A stretch of DNA of 63,789 nucleotides, the filler included, from Anaerolineae bacterium (GTDB lineage Bacteria; Chloroflexota; Anaerolineae; B4-G1; DUEL01): assembly GCA_041082215.1 (NCBI GenBank). It is 5 parts of 5 records of this genome, joined end to end, with 100 filler letters (N's around TTAATTAATTAA, not from the genome) between each part and the next. Parts side by side here need not be neighbours in the genome. Positions count along the whole stretch, not along the records: positions 21,743 to 53,134 come from JBDOIF010000110.1; 4 more parts are not named here. One strand, given 5' to 3'. Position 1 is the first letter of the stretch; every line of letters starts with the position of its first letter. The notes beneath the pieces were generated by a model. The model was not told where the DNA came from. It did not search any database and saw nothing but the letters and a program-made list of their open reading frames with translations. The translations under genes were made by a program, and so were the position numbers. Below are positions 41,519-51,836 of the stretch, in pieces.

Positions 41519-42676
41519 TCACACAAGCGTAACTCGCTCCACCTCCTTCCCTCCCCGCAGATAGACCCGCGTCACGCGGGGCAGGAGGCCGGTTGTCACC
41601 TCATAATTGATGGTCTGGGCCCAGCGGGCCACTTCCTCGGCGGTGATCTCCTCCTCCCCCTGGCGGCCGATGAGCACCACCTCGTCGTGGGGGCGGACAT
41701 CGGGGATGTGGGAGACGTCCACGACGAACTGGTCCATACAGACCCGCCCGACGATGGGGGCGCGCTGGCCGTGGATGAGGACGGCGCCCCGGTTGGAGAG
41801 GAGGCGGTGATAGCCGTCGCCGTAGCCCACCGGCACCAGCGCCACGCGGGTGGGCCGGGAGGTGACGTAGGTGTGGCCGTAGCTGATCCCGTGCCCGGCG
41901 GGCAGGGTGCGTATCCGGACGACGCGGCTCTTCAGGGCGAGGGCGGGCCGGAGCGGCACTGCCGGCTCGACCTCGTCCGATGGGCGAAGGCCGTAGAGGG
42001 CGATGCCACAACGGACCATATCCAGCGCCATCTCCGGCAGTTCGATGGTGGCAGCGCTGTTGGCGGCATGCTTGAGAGGGATCGTGAACCCAGCCTCCTC
42101 CAGGGCTGCTATAACCTTTTTAAAAGTCTCGAACTGCTGCCGGGTGGTCCGCTTGTCGGCGGCGTCGGCGGTGGCGAAGTGGGTGTATAGGCCCTCCAGG
42201 ACGAGGCCGGGCAGCCCGTTCAGATAGCGCCAGAAATCCACCACCTCCTCCGGCAGGAGGCCGTACCGCCCCATGCCGGTGTCCACCTTCACGTGGACAG
42301 GGACCTGTTTCCCAAGAGCAACCGCCGCTGCGGAGAGGCCCTCTGCCTGCGGCTGGCTGTTCACCGTGGGGGTCAGGTCCCATTGCACAACCTGCTTCGA
42401 CTGAGCCGGGAGGGTGTAGCCCATCACCAGGATCGGCGCGCCGATGCCCGCCTGCCGCAGTTCGATCCCCTCCTCGACCCGATGGACCGCCAGCCGGGTG
42501 GCGCCTCCCTCCAGCGCCGCCCGCGAGACCGGCACCGCCCCGTGTCCATAGCCGTTGGCCTTAACAGCAACCATCAATTCGGCCCGCGCTCCTGCACGGG
42601 CCTTCAAGGTACGGGCGTTTTCGACGATGGCGTCCAGGTCAATCTCCGCCCAGGTCAGCAACTCTCCACTTTCCAT
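41519..42676 (-). CDS. alr: Alanine racemase
   Basis: AVKANGYGHG, KVDTGMGR, HAANS, GYGDG, GRVCMD. Confidence 0.97.
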   Translation of the reverse strand: MESGELLTWAEIDLDAIVENARTLKARAGARAELMVAVKANGYGHGAVPVSRAALEGGATRLAVHRVEEGIELRQAGIGAPILVMGYTLPAQSKQVVQWDLTPTVNSQPQAEGLSAAAVALGKQVPVHVKVDTGMGRYGLLPEEVVDFWRYLNGLPGLVLEGLYTHFATADAADKRTTRQQFETFKKVIAALEEAGFTIPLKHAANSAATIELPEMALDMVRCGIALYGLRPSDEVEPAVPLRPALALKSRVVRIRTLPAGHGISYGHTYVTSRPTRVALVPVGYGDGYHRLLSNRGAVLIHGQRAPIVGRVCMDQFVVDVSHIPDVRPHDEVVLIGRQGEEEITAEEVARWAQTINYEVTTGLLPRVTRVYLRGGKEVERVTLV

Positions 42677-42759
42677 CACACTGAAAGCACTGAAGGGCAC
42701 TGAAGTTTTGAGATGCAGGCGACTCCGCGTCTCCCCGCCCCCGCTTCTCCGCGTCTCCA

Positions 42760-43497
42760 TCACCCACCCAGGTAGGCCTTCTTCACCTCGGGGTTAGCGG
42801 CCAGCTCTTCCGCCGTCCCTTCCAGAACGACGTTCCCCGTCTCCAGCACATACCCGCGGCTGGCCAGCTTCAGCGCCATATGGGCGTTCTGCTCCACCAG
42901 GAGGATGGTGGTCCCCTGGGCGTTGATCTCCCGCAGCGTCTCGAAAATATCCCGCACCAGGACGGGGGCCAGCCCCATCGAAGGTTCGTCCAGGAGCATC
43001 AGCTTGCCCCGTGCCATCAGTGCCCGGGCCACAGCCAGCATCTGCTGCTCGCCGCCGCTGAGGGTCTCCGCCCGCTGGTTCTTCCGCTCCTCCAGCCGGG
43101 GGAAGATGGAGAACACCCGCTCCAGGTCCTCCCTGATCCGGTCCCTGTCCTTCCGGGCATAGGTAGCCAGCATCAGATTTTCCATCACGGAGAGGTTGCC
43201 GAAGATGCGGCGTCCTTCCGGCACCTGGGAGATGCCGAACCGGTTCACGACATCGTGAGGCTGGTACTTGAGCAGTTCCTCCCCCTGGTAAAGGATGCTG
43301 CCGCCGGTGACGCGGCCTCCCAGCTCGGCCACGTGGGGGATCAGGCGGGAGATAGTCATCAGAGTGGTGGACTTACCAGCGCCGTTGGCGCCGATCAGGG
43401 TGACGATCTCCCCCTCCTCCACGTGGAAAGAGATGCCGTGGAGCGCCTCGATGTTGCCGTAGCTCACCCGCAGGTCCCTGACCTCCAGCAGCGTCAT
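42760..43497 (-). CDS. livF: Branched-chain amino acid ABC transporter ATPase
   Basis: GANGAGKST, VPEGRRIF, LSGGEQQM, DEPSMGLAP. Confidence 0.92.
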   Translation of the reverse strand: MTLLEVRDLRVSYGNIEALHGISFHVEEGEIVTLIGANGAGKSTTLMTISRLIPHVAELGGRVTGGSILYQGEELLKYQPHDVVNRFGISQVPEGRRIFGNLSVMENLMLATYARKDRDRIREDLERVFSIFPRLEERKNQRAETLSGGEQQMLAVARALMARGKLMLLDEPSMGLAPVLVRDIFETLREINAQGTTILLVEQNAHMALKLASRGYVLETGNVVLEGTAEELAANPEVKKAYLGG

Positions 43498-44264
43498 GCC
43501 ACCACCTCCTCCCCCAGGTAGGCCTCGATCACGCGGGGGTTGTTCTGGATATCCCTGGGCGTACCTTCGGCGATCGTCTCCCCGAAGTCGAGCACCTGGA
43601 TGCGCTCGCAGATGTTCATGATGACCCGCATCTGATGCTCGATGAGCCAGATCGTCAGCCCGAACTCCTCCCTGAGCTGCCGGATAAGCTCCAGCAGGTC
43701 GGCGATCTCCGCCGGGTTCATCCCCGCTGCTGGCTCGTCGAGCAGGAGGAGCCGTGGCTCGGTAGCCAGCGCCCGGGTGATCTCCACCCGTCGTTGAAGG
43801 CCGTAGGGCAGGTTCTTCGCCTGCTCGTGGATGTAGTCCTTCAGGCCCAGCCGGGTGAGAAGCTCCACAGCCCGCTCCCGGATCTCCTTCTCCTCCTGCT
43901 GGTAGAGCGGAGTATGCAGCAGCGCGTCCGTCAGGCCGTAACGGATGCGGGAGGCCCGGGCAATGCGGACGTTATCCAGCACCGTCAGTTCGTTCCACAG
44001 GCGGATGGTCTGAAAGGTGCGGGCAATACCGCGGGCGGTAATCTGATGCGGCGGCAGGCCGACCAGGTTCTCCCCGTTGAACCAGATCTCCCCCTCGCTC
44101 GGTCGGTAGGCCCCCGTCACCAGATTGAAAATCGTGGTCTTGCCCGCCCCGTTCGGACCGATCAGGCCGACCAGTTCTCCCTTCTCCAGGTCCAGGTTGA
44201 AGTCGTGGACGGCGCGCAGCCCGCCGAACCAGTGGGTCAGTCCTCTAATTTGAAGCAGCGGCAT
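43494..44264 (-). CDS. livG: Branched-chain amino acid ABC transporter ATPase
   Basis: [33 protein letters not shown]. Confidence 0.92.
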   Translation of the reverse strand: MPLLQIRGLTHWFGGLRAVHDFNLDLEKGELVGLIGPNGAGKTTIFNLVTGAYRPSEGEIWFNGENLVGLPPHQITARGIARTFQTIRLWNELTVLDNVRIARASRIRYGLTDALLHTPLYQQEEKEIRERAVELLTRLGLKDYIHEQAKNLPYGLQRRVEITRALATEPRLLLLDEPAAGMNPAEIADLLELIRQLREEFGLTIWLIEHQMRVIMNICERIQVLDFGETIAEGTPRDIQNNPRVIEAYLGEEVVA

Positions 44265-45291
44265 ATTCCTCCTCCTTGGAACCGAACCAGGCTCGCAGCC
44301 GCGGGAAGACGTCTCCCAGCTCCCGGCCTCCCATCAGCCCGCTGGGCCGGAAGAGCATCATCACCACCAGGAGCAGGGGGATGACCACCCACTTGTAGAG
44401 ACCCAGGGGGCGGAGGACCTCCAGGAGCAGGGTGAAGAAGATCGCGCTCAGGACGTTGCCGCTGATGGAGCCCATGCCGCCCAGGTAGACCATGACCATC
44501 GCCTCAGTGGACTTGAGGATGGTGAACATGCCGGGGTTGACGTACCCCCCCGGCCCGTGGGCCAGAAGGCCGCCAGCGATCCCGGCCAGGCCACAGGAGA
44601 CCATAAAAGCGACCAGCTTCACCCGGCGGGTGTTCACCCCCATCAGCCCGGCCGCCACCTCGTCCTCGCGGATGGCCATCACCCCCTTGCCGAAGGTGGA
44701 AGAGACGAACCGCTGGATAATGAGGATCGTCCCGATAACGCCGATAAAGGTCCAGATGAGGAGCCACGGGGCGTTGAAGACATCCATCATGGCGTTCACC
44801 ACCCGCTTCATCCCCATGAAGCCGCGCGGCCCCCCGATGAACTCCATGTTCTCAATGGCGCTCTTGACGATATAGTTCACCGCCAGAGTGATGATCGCCA
44901 GATAGTCCCCCCGGGTACGGAAGGAAGGGATGGCGATCAGCAGCCCCACCAGAGAGGCGGCGAGGCCGCCGATGAGGATCGCCACCGGCAGCAGCGGGAT
45001 GGACCAGGCGGCCGGGAGGACAGGCGGCCCGAACACCCTGTCTTCGGCGAACAGCCAGACGGTGAGGATCCCACTTACGTAGGCCCCCACAGCCATAAAC
45101 GCGGCATGGCCGCAGGAGAACTCCCCCATATAGCCGTTGATCAGGTTCAGGCTGACCGCCATGATGATGTTGATGCCCATGTAGAAGAGGACCAGTTGCC
45201 AGTAGTCGTTGAAAAGGCGAAGCCACGAGCCGCCGACGATGATGATGAAAAGGGCCAGGACAAGAAGCGGGGCGTACAGTCTCTTGCTCAT
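44245..45291 (-). CDS. livM: Branched-chain amino acid ABC transporter permease
   Basis: [27 protein letters not shown]. Confidence 0.9.
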   Translation of the reverse strand: MSKRLYAPLLVLALFIIIVGGSWLRLFNDYWQLVLFYMGINIIMAVSLNLINGYMGEFSCGHAAFMAVGAYVSGILTVWLFAEDRVFGPPVLPAAWSIPLLPVAILIGGLAASLVGLLIAIPSFRTRGDYLAIITLAVNYIVKSAIENMEFIGGPRGFMGMKRVVNAMMDVFNAPWLLIWTFIGVIGTILIIQRFVSSTFGKGVMAIREDEVAAGLMGVNTRRVKLVAFMVSCGLAGIAGGLLAHGPGGYVNPGMFTILKSTEAMVMVYLGGMGSISGNVLSAIFFTLLLEVLRPLGLYKWVVIPLLLVVMMLFRPSGLMGGRELGDVFPRLRAWFGSKEEEYAAASN

Positions 45292-46241
45292 ACCTTCTGC
45301 CTCCTTGCCACGCCGAAGAGCCCCGTGGGCCGGAAAGTGAGGATCGTCAGGAGAATGGTGAAGGCAACCAGGTCCCGGTAAGTGGACGACAGGAACTCCA
45401 GGCCGGGGATCTGGCCGAGGGCGACGACGAAGATCTCGACAAAGCCCAGCAGGAACCCACCAGCCATCGCTCCACGGACCTCGCCGATGCCGCCCACCAC
45501 CGCGGAGATAAACGCCTTCCAGCCGATGAGAATCCCCATGTCGAAGCTGAGGACATGGTAGGCCGAACCGAACATGATCCCCGCCAGCGCGGCAAGGGAG
45601 GAGCCGATGACGAAGGTGGCCCTGATGATGGTGTTGACCGGAACCCCCATCAGGGGGACCGCCATCCGGTCGTAGGAGATGGCCCGCATGGCCAGGCCGA
45701 CCTTGGTGCGGCGCAGGAAGAGCTCCAGGCCGACCATCACCAGGATGGCCAGGCCGATGACGAGCACCTTGATGTTGGTGAAGCTCACCCCGCCGACGGT
45801 ATAGATCCGGTTCGGGATCAGTTCCGGGAAGCCACGGTCGGCTGCGCCGAACAGGGAGAGGTTCAGATACTCAAGGAAAATGCCGATCATCAGCGCCGTG
45901 ATGACGACGTAAAGCCGGTGGGCACCCCGCTCCCGCAGGGGCCGGTAGGCCACCCGCTCGATGGTCACCCCCACACCCGCCGTCAGCGCCATAGAGCCGA
46001 GGATGGTCAGGGTCAGGATCGCCCAGTTGGGGAGACCGAAAGCGGTGTTGGCCGCCAGCCCCAGGAGGAAAGAGGCGATGAAGAAGCCGATGTAGGCACC
46101 GACCATGAAGATATCGCCGTGGGCGAAGTTAATGAGCAACAGCACCCCGTAGACCATCGTGTAACCCAGGGCGATCAGGGCGTAGAAACTGCCCCACTGT
46201 AAGGCGTTGAGCAAATATTGGAGGAATGTGGCGAGGGTCAC
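45288..46241 (-). CDS. livH: Branched-chain amino acid ABC transporter permease
   Basis: YALIALGYTMVYG, INFAHG, KAF.SAVVGGIG; GGAGG RBS before GTG46241. Confidence 0.92.
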   Translation of the reverse strand: MTLATFLQYLLNALQWGSFYALIALGYTMVYGVLLLINFAHGDIFMVGAYIGFFIASFLLGLAANTAFGLPNWAILTLTILGSMALTAGVGVTIERVAYRPLRERGAHRLYVVITALMIGIFLEYLNLSLFGAADRGFPELIPNRIYTVGGVSFTNIKVLVIGLAILVMVGLELFLRRTKVGLAMRAISYDRMAVPLMGVPVNTIIRATFVIGSSLAALAGIMFGSAYHVLSFDMGILIGWKAFISAVVGGIGEVRGAMAGGFLLGFVEIFVVALGQIPGLEFLSSTYRDLVAFTILLTILTFRPTGLFGVARRQKV

Positions 46242-46363
46242 CGGGCAACCTCCTTTATGGCTGAGACCAAACGATGGGGTGGAGAGGAACCCCCAGAAGG
46301 GATCCCTCTCCACCGTTACGGTCGCTTCTCAAGCAGAGCCGCCAGCAGCACAGGAAATCATCT

Positions 46364-47536
46364 CTACGGGCAGGCCTGCTGGTAGAAGACGAACTTCCCA
46401 CCCTGAATCTTGACGATCACCGCGCACTTGATGGGATCGCCCTCCTCAGTGAAGGTCATCCGACCGGTGATGCCCTCGTAGTCCTTGATCTGGGCCAACT
46501 GATCCCGCACCGCTCGCCGGTCGGCGGCCAGGTCGCCGGTGAGGCCACCGGTGTTCTGGATGGCCTGGAGCAGGATACCCATCGCGTCCCACGTCAGCGC
46601 CGCCACGTCGCCGGGCACTTCCCCGTATCGGGCGGTGTAGCGGTCAATGAACTCCTTTGTGGCACCGACCGCACCCTCGGCGGCGTAGTGGGTGCTGAAG
46701 AACAGCCCCTCGCATGCCTCGCCGCACAGCTCCAGCGTCTTGGGGTCGCCCCAGGAGTCGGAGCCGAAGATGGGGAAGTCCAGCCCCAGCTCGCGGGCCT
46801 GCTTGACGATGAGCGGGACCTCATTATAGTACTGCGGGGTGAAGAGGAACTCGGCGCCAGAGGCCTTGATCTTGGTCAACTGGGCGCTGAAGTCGGTGTC
46901 GCCGGTGGTGAAGCTCTCGAAGGCCACCACCGATCCCGCGCCGTGCAGCTCCTCCCATGCTGCCTTGAAGAACTCGGCCAGCCCCTTGGGGTAGTCGGAG
47001 GCCACATCGTACAGCACCGCCGCCTTGGTAAAGCCGAACTCATCCGTGATGAAGTTGGCCATCACCGGACCCTGGAAGGGGTCCAGGAAGCAGGCACGGA
47101 AGACCCAGGGGCGGTTCAGCGTGGTGTTGGGGTTGGTGGACCAGGGGCTGATCATAGGGGTCTCATTCTCATTGGCCACCTCTCCGGTGGGGACAGCCTG
47201 CTTGCTGGCCTGCGGGCCGACGATCGCCAGGACCTGGTCCTGCACGATCAGCTTCGTCGCTGCCGCGACAGCCGATTCGGCCTTGGACTCGTTGTCCTCG
47301 ATCACCAGCTCGATCTGGTAGGTCTGATCTCCCACCTGCAGGCCGCCAGCGCCGTTGATGTCCTCCACCTTCATTTCGGCAGCCCGCTGTGACTGGACAC
47401 CCACATAGGCGATGTCCCCCGTGAGTTCGATGTCCAGGCCGATCTTGATCGTCTTGGGTGGCTTGGGGCCGCAGCCGGCCAGCAAGGCCATCACCGTGAC
47501 CAGGGCAAGGGTTGCCAAGGTGAGCTTCTTGAGCAT
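46364..47536 (-). CDS. Branched-chain amino acid ABC substrate-binding lipoprotein (LivK/LivJ-like)
   Basis: Lipobox LAGC; FRACFLDPFQG; DTDFSAQLTKI. Confidence 0.92.
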   Translation of the reverse strand: MLKKLTLATLALVTVMALLAGCGPKPPKTIKIGLDIELTGDIAYVGVQSQRAAEMKVEDINGAGGLQVGDQTYQIELVIEDNESKAESAVAAATKLIVQDQVLAIVGPQASKQAVPTGEVANENETPMISPWSTNPNTTLNRPWVFRACFLDPFQGPVMANFITDEFGFTKAAVLYDVASDYPKGLAEFFKAAWEELHGAGSVVAFESFTTGDTDFSAQLTKIKASGAEFLFTPQYYNEVPLIVKQARELGLDFPIFGSDSWGDPKTLELCGEACEGLFFSTHYAAEGAVGATKEFIDRYTARYGEVPGDVAALTWDAMGILLQAIQNTGGLTGDLAADRRAVRDQLAQIKDYEGITGRMTFTEEGDPIKCAVIVKIQGGKFVFYQQACP

Positions 47537-47764
47537 TTTCTCTCCTCCTTACAGAACCTGAATAGGCTACGCGCGATGGGACGAAATCACGAGGACAGAA
47601 AGCAGCTTCGTCAGATCTCCCTCCGCCGATCACCTCCTTTCCCAAACTATCTGGTTCAAGCCCTTCCTTCCCGACCCTGGTTCAGGAAGGCTCTGGTTCT
47701 TCGTCGCGGCAGGCGTCTCGATCTGCGAATAGTAAGAGGAAACAGTCCAAATCTGGCGTTGGCG

Positions 47765-47792
47765 AGTATAGCATGATTTTCCTGAAGTGCAA
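47765..47792 (-). promoter_or_regulatory. Putative sigma70 promoter of the liv operon
   Basis: TTGCAC-16-TATACT with extended TG. Confidence 0.55.
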
Positions 47793-47822
47793 CCATCCTG
47801 TGGCCCGCCTCCTCACCGCCCA

Positions 47823-48029
47823 TCAACCCGCCACAACCCAGGTATCGCTGCGCTCGTGGTAGGTCAGGATGAACCGGCGGCCATCCGCCGCACGGACCCG
47901 GAAAACCAGGCCGTCGGGGGTCCGGCGCCGGGCCTCGACCTCCGCCACTTCCAGCCACTGCCCCTCCCAGAGGAAAGCGCGGGGACGCTCGGGGTAGCCG
48001 GAGCCAGCGTAGCACTCTACAATGGTCAT
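47823..48029 (-). CDS. Small conserved hypothetical protein (DUF6504-like)
   Basis: ERPRAFLWEG...FRV...F.L.Y...W; ATGA overlap with galU. Confidence 0.65.
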   Translation of the reverse strand: MTIVECYAGSGYPERPRAFLWEGQWLEVAEVEARRRTPDGLVFRVRAADGRRFILTYHERSDTWVVAG

Positions 48030-48886
48030 ATCTCCAGCGTCCGCAGGTAAGCGATCAGCTCGTCTCGCCAATCCTTCCGTCGCAGGGCGGCCTCGATGCA
48101 GGCTTTCAGATGGTGAAGGGGGTCGCCGGCGGGCAACCACTTACCCTCGATCGGCAATACGATGACGCGGGAACGGGCAGCCAGTCGGTCTACTGCATCG
48201 GCCAGCCACAGCTCCCCTCCCTTCCCCGGCTCCAGCCGGTCCAGCACCTCAAAGATCTCCGGGGTGAAGACAAAGTGACCGATCTGGGCCAGGTTCGAAG
48301 GGGCCGTACCCGGCTTCGGCTTCTCTATGATGCGGGCTATCTCGTTGGCCGATCCTGCCTTCAGCTCGATCATGCCGTAGAGATGGGTCTCCTCGTCCGG
48401 TATAACCTGTGTGGCGACGACGGCTGCTGGCTGGTATTGGCGGAAGGCCTCCAGCATCTGCCGGGGGGCAGGGGTATCGGCCAGGATGATGTCGTCGCCG
48501 AACATGTAGTAGAACGGCTCGCCGGGAGTGAGCCAGGGCCGGGCGGCCAGGGCGGGGGACGCGTTGCCGTAGGGAAGGGCCTCCGGCTGGCGGACGAAGA
48601 TGATCTCCGCCATCCGGGACACGCGCCGGACCTCTTCCAGAAGCTCCCGCTTGCCGGAAGCCTCCAGGTGGCGCTCCAGGTCGGGGGCAGGGGCAAAGTG
48701 AAGGGGGACCGGCCCGCCAGTTCCCCGCACGACGATGATGATCTGCTCGATCCCTGCAGCGACCAGGCTCTCCACGTGATGCTGGATGAGGGGAACACCG
48801 CCGATGGGGATCATCTCCTTGGGGATCGCTTTCGAAGCAGGTAGAAACCGGGTTCCGTATCCGGCGATGGTGATGATGCCTTTCAT
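48026..48886 (-). CDS. galU: UTP--glucose-1-phosphate uridylyltransferase
   Basis: AGYGTRFLPASKAIPKEM, IEKP, GELWLADA. Confidence 0.85.
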   Translation of the reverse strand: MKGIITIAGYGTRFLPASKAIPKEMIPIGGVPLIQHHVESLVAAGIEQIIIVVRGTGGPVPLHFAPAPDLERHLEASGKRELLEEVRRVSRMAEIIFVRQPEALPYGNASPALAARPWLTPGEPFYYMFGDDIILADTPAPRQMLEAFRQYQPAAVVATQVIPDEETHLYGMIELKAGSANEIARIIEKPKPGTAPSNLAQIGHFVFTPEIFEVLDRLEPGKGGELWLADAVDRLAARSRVIVLPIEGKWLPAGDPLHHLKACIEAALRRKDWRDELIAYLRTLEI

Positions 48887-48913
48887 GTTCGCTCCTTGTG
48901 TGCTGGTTGCTGG

Positions 48914-49558
48914 TTACTCGTTGCTGGTCATCGCTTTCATCAACCGTCGCACTTCCCCCTCGAAGAAGCGCTTCACCTCCTCCCACTCAAGGGGAACAAG
49001 CATCTGGGGCATGGGGTCGGATTCGGCGTCGTCAAAGTAGGCCAGGGCACGCAATAAGTGATATGAGGAATATGTGATTCTAGGAAACTTCTCCGGCATA
49101 TGCCGCAAAAGATCGTCAAGCGTGTACTCTGCTTTGCAGATCTGATATAGGTCTATGAAGTCCCTCTTCCGTCCCCGTTGGCCGATGGCGGCCAGTTTCA
49201 TCAGGGCCAGATCGAGCAGCCCGGCAACCTGTATCCCCCAGAGCTGGTGGAGGGTTTCCAGCAAAGGGTAAGGGTAAATGAAAAAGCTGATATGCGTGTC
49301 TTCCAGAGTGGCATTCAACGTCGTGCCCGGCCGCTCCTGGCGAATGATGAGATGTCCCACCTCTTGCAGCGCCTGGATCAGCGGCTCGACCTCATATTCC
49401 TCCTGGGGAGTGAAGAAGTCGAGATCCATGGAGAGGCGGTGACCCAGGTGAAGGGCTACAGCGCTACCGCCAGCCAGGTAGAAAGGTGCGATAGCAGACA
49501 ACTGGCCCAGGCGCTTTAGAAGACTCTGGACGTGATGCGGAAGCGTTTGGAGAAACAA
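48914..49558 (-). CDS. AbiEii/AbiGii-family nucleotidyltransferase toxin
   Basis: FYLAGGSAVAL.LGHRLS.DLDFF, MKL.AI..RG.KRDFIDL; TTG start inferred from the RBS. Confidence 0.88.
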   Translation of the reverse strand: MFLQTLPHHVQSLLKRLGQLSAIAPFYLAGGSAVALHLGHRLSMDLDFFTPQEEYEVEPLIQALQEVGHLIIRQERPGTTLNATLEDTHISFFIYPYPLLETLHQLWGIQVAGLLDLALMKLAAIGQRGRKRDFIDLYQICKAEYTLDDLLRHMPEKFPRITYSSYHLLRALAYFDDAESDPMPQMLVPLEWEEVKRFFEGEVRRLMKAMTSNE

Positions 49559-49812
49559 CCTATCTCCTCGCGAGGGATATCCAGTAACAGTGCCCACAGG
49601 TTAGCGGTGTTGGGAGAAATAACCCGGCTTCGGCGCACCGCGTCGGCAATGGCAGATGGCCCGAAGGCGTGCCACAGCCACCGGATCGCCTCGTCGTCTC
49701 CATACTCCAGCACCCGCTCGATGATATACCGCTCGTGGCCAGGAATACGCAACCGGTCGAAGTTCGTATCCCAGAAGAGGGGACGGAGGAACTCGGGCAG
49801 TTCTGTCTCCAT
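49516..49812 (-). CDS. DUF6922-like partner of AbiEii
   Basis: LFWD...YIIERVLEYG...W. Confidence 0.8.
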   Translation of the reverse strand: METELPEFLRPLFWDTNFDRLRIPGHERYIIERVLEYGDDEAIRWLWHAFGPSAIADAVRRSRVISPNTANLWALLLDIPREEIGCFSKRFRITSRVF

Positions 49813-51395
49813 TACCTCTCCGGCCTCCGCTTATGCCATTCCGTCGCCTGCTCGTAGGCGTGGGCCACCCGCAGGATCGCCTCCTCCCCAAAGGCTGGCC
49901 CCATCACCTGCATGCCAATGGGAAGCCCCTGCGCGTCGAAGCCGCAGGGGAGGCTGATCGCACAGATGCCAGCCAGGTTCACCGAAAGGGTGAAAATATC
50001 GGAAAGATACATCTGGAGAGGGTCATCTACCTTCTCACCCAGTCGGAAAGCGGTGGTCGGTGTAGTGGGGGCCACAAGGACGTCTACCCGCTCGAACGCC
50101 CGGTCGAAATCCTGCTTGATGAGGGTACGCACCTTCTGGGCCTTGAGGTAATAGGCGTCGTAGTAGCCGGCGCTGAGGGCGTAAGTGCCCAGCATAATCC
50201 GCCGCTTCACCTCCGGGCCAAAGCCCGCCCCGCGGGTGGCTCTGTAGGTTTCCTCCAGGTCCCCCGCCTCCACCCGCAGCCCGTAACGGACGCCGTCGTA
50301 GCGGGCCAGGTTGGCGCTGGCCTCCGCCGGGGCGATGAGGTAGTAGACGGGGAGAGCGTATTCGGTGTGGGGAAGGCTCACCTCTTCTATCTCCGCCCCC
50401 AGCTCTGCCAGCTTCTCCACCGCCGCCCGGACCGCCGCCTCGACCTCAGCCTGCATCCCGGGGATGAAGTACTCTCCCGGCACGCCGACCCGCATCCCCC
50501 GGATGTCCCCGGTGAGGGCAGCGGTGTAGTCCGGCACCGGTACGTCCGCCGAGGTGGAATCCAGCGGGTCGTGCCCGGCGATGACCCCCAGGAGGATCGC
50601 TGCGTCGGTCACGTCTTTGGCCAGGACCCCCACCTGATCCAGTGAGGAGGCGAAGGCCACCAGCCCGTACCGGCTCACCCGCCCGTAGGTCGGCTTGAGG
50701 CCTACCACGCCGCAGAAAGCGGCTGGCTGGCGGACGGAGCCGCCGGTGTCGGTGCCCAGCGCCCCCAGACACTCCCCGGCAGCGACGGCGGCCGCACTCC
50801 CCCCGCTCGACCCTCCGGGCACGCGGCTCAGGTCCCACGGGTTGCAGGTGGGGAAGAAGGCGGAGTTCTCCGTCGAGGAGCCCATCGCAAACTCATCGGT
50901 GTTGGTCTTCCCCAGAAGTACCATCCCGGCGGCCCGCAGCCGGGCCACAGCGGTGGCATCGTAGGGCGGGACAAAATCCTCCAGGATGCGGGAGCCGCAG
51001 GTGGTCGGCACGCCGGCGGTGCAGAGGACATCCTTGACGGCCAGGGGGATGCCCTGTACGGGCGACCGGCTGGTCGCCCCAACGACGGGCGACCGGCTGG
51101 TCGCCCCAACGACGGGCGACCGCCTGGTCGCCCCAACGACGGGCGACCGCCTGGTCGCCCCAACGGCAGGCGACCGGCTGGTCGCCCCAACGACGGGCGA
51201 CCGGCTGGTCGCCCCTACGGCTGCCTCGGCGGCCTGCTCCAGCGCGACCTCCGGCGTCAGCGTCAGGTAGGCCCGGATGTCGTTATCCACTTCCAGAATG
51301 CGGTCGAGCACCGCCCGGGTCAGCTCCACCGCCGAAATCTCCCCCTCATCCAGCAGCCGACGGGCCTCGTGGATGGTCAGGTCGTACAACCTCAC
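49812..51395 (-). CDS. gatA: Asp/Glu-tRNA amidotransferase subunit A, with an in-frame repeat insert
   Basis: [43 protein letters not shown]. Confidence 0.97.
   Translation of the reverse strand: MRLYDLTIHEARRLLDEGEISAVELTRAVLDRILEVDNDIRAYLTLTPEVALEQAAEAAVGATSRSPVVGATSRSPAVGATRRSPVVGATRRSPVVGATSRSPVVGATSRSPVQGIPLAVKDVLCTAGVPTTCGSRILEDFVPPYDATAVARLRAAGMVLLGKTNTDEFAMGSSTENSAFFPTCNPWDLSRVPGGSSGGSAAAVAAGECLGALGTDTGGSVRQPAAFCGVVGLKPTYGRVSRYGLVAFASSLDQVGVLAKDVTDAAILLGVIAGHDPLDSTSADVPVPDYTAALTGDIRGMRVGVPGEYFIPGMQAEVEAAVRAAVEKLAELGAEIEEVSLPHTEYALPVYYLIAPAEASANLARYDGVRYGLRVEAGDLEETYRATRGAGFGPEVKRRIMLGTYALSAGYYDAYYLKAQKVRTLIKQDFDRAFERVDVLVAPTTPTTAFRLGEKVDDPLQMYLSDIFTLSVNLAGICAISLPCGFDAQGLPIGMQVMGPAFGEEAILRVAHAYEQATEWHKRRPER
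51058..51219 (-). repeat. 6 x 27-bp tandem REP-like palindrome inside gatA
   Basis: Plus-strand unit ACGGGCGACCGGCTGGTCGCCCCAACG; terminal copy reads GTAGGGGCGACC on the minus strand; encodes (VGAT[S/R]RSP[V/A]) x6. Confidence 0.93.
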
Positions 51396-51706
51396 GGCTC
51401 CTCCTCCGGGGTAGACCCCTCTCCCCACACCGGCTGCACAACGAAGCAGCCTTCTACAACAACAGGGGCATTGGCCAGAATCTCCTCGCGGGGAGAGGGG
51501 GGACGGGGTTCGTCGGGTCGCATCACACTGTGCAGGGGGAGAACGGTAGCCGTGGGGGGGATCGCTTCTGTATCCAGCTCCTTCAGACGGGCGGCGTATT
51601 CCAGAACGGCAGAAAGCTGCTCCCGGAACCGTTCCTTTTCCTCCCCGGTGAGGGCCAGCCTCGCCAGTTCGGCGATGTGTTCGACCTCCTCCCGCGTCAA
51701 GACCAT
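51392..51706 (-). CDS. gatC: Asp/Glu-tRNA amidotransferase subunit C
   Basis: [15 protein letters not shown]...LDTEAIPPT...LANAP. Confidence 0.95.
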   Translation of the reverse strand: MVLTREEVEHIAELARLALTGEEKERFREQLSAVLEYAARLKELDTEAIPPTATVLPLHSVMRPDEPRPPSPREEILANAPVVVEGCFVVQPVWGEGSTPEEEP

Positions 51707-51836
51707 CGGCGGCCTCCCTGGAGGGATTATAACATCGTCAGAAGAGCACAGCAACCCTTTAGATTATGTCAAGAGTTACGGGCCGCGGCGCAGAGGACGA
51801 TGCAAAACCCCTCTGCCCTCCGTGTCTCCTTGTCAA

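Noticed and set aside
47628..47641. 16S rRNA 3'-end fragment
   Set aside because: Only 14 nt match and the flanks do not resemble 16S; treated as an SD-like element instead
51058..51219. Possible CRISPR array
   Set aside because: The repeats are contiguous with no spacers, lie in frame in gatA, and no cas genes are present
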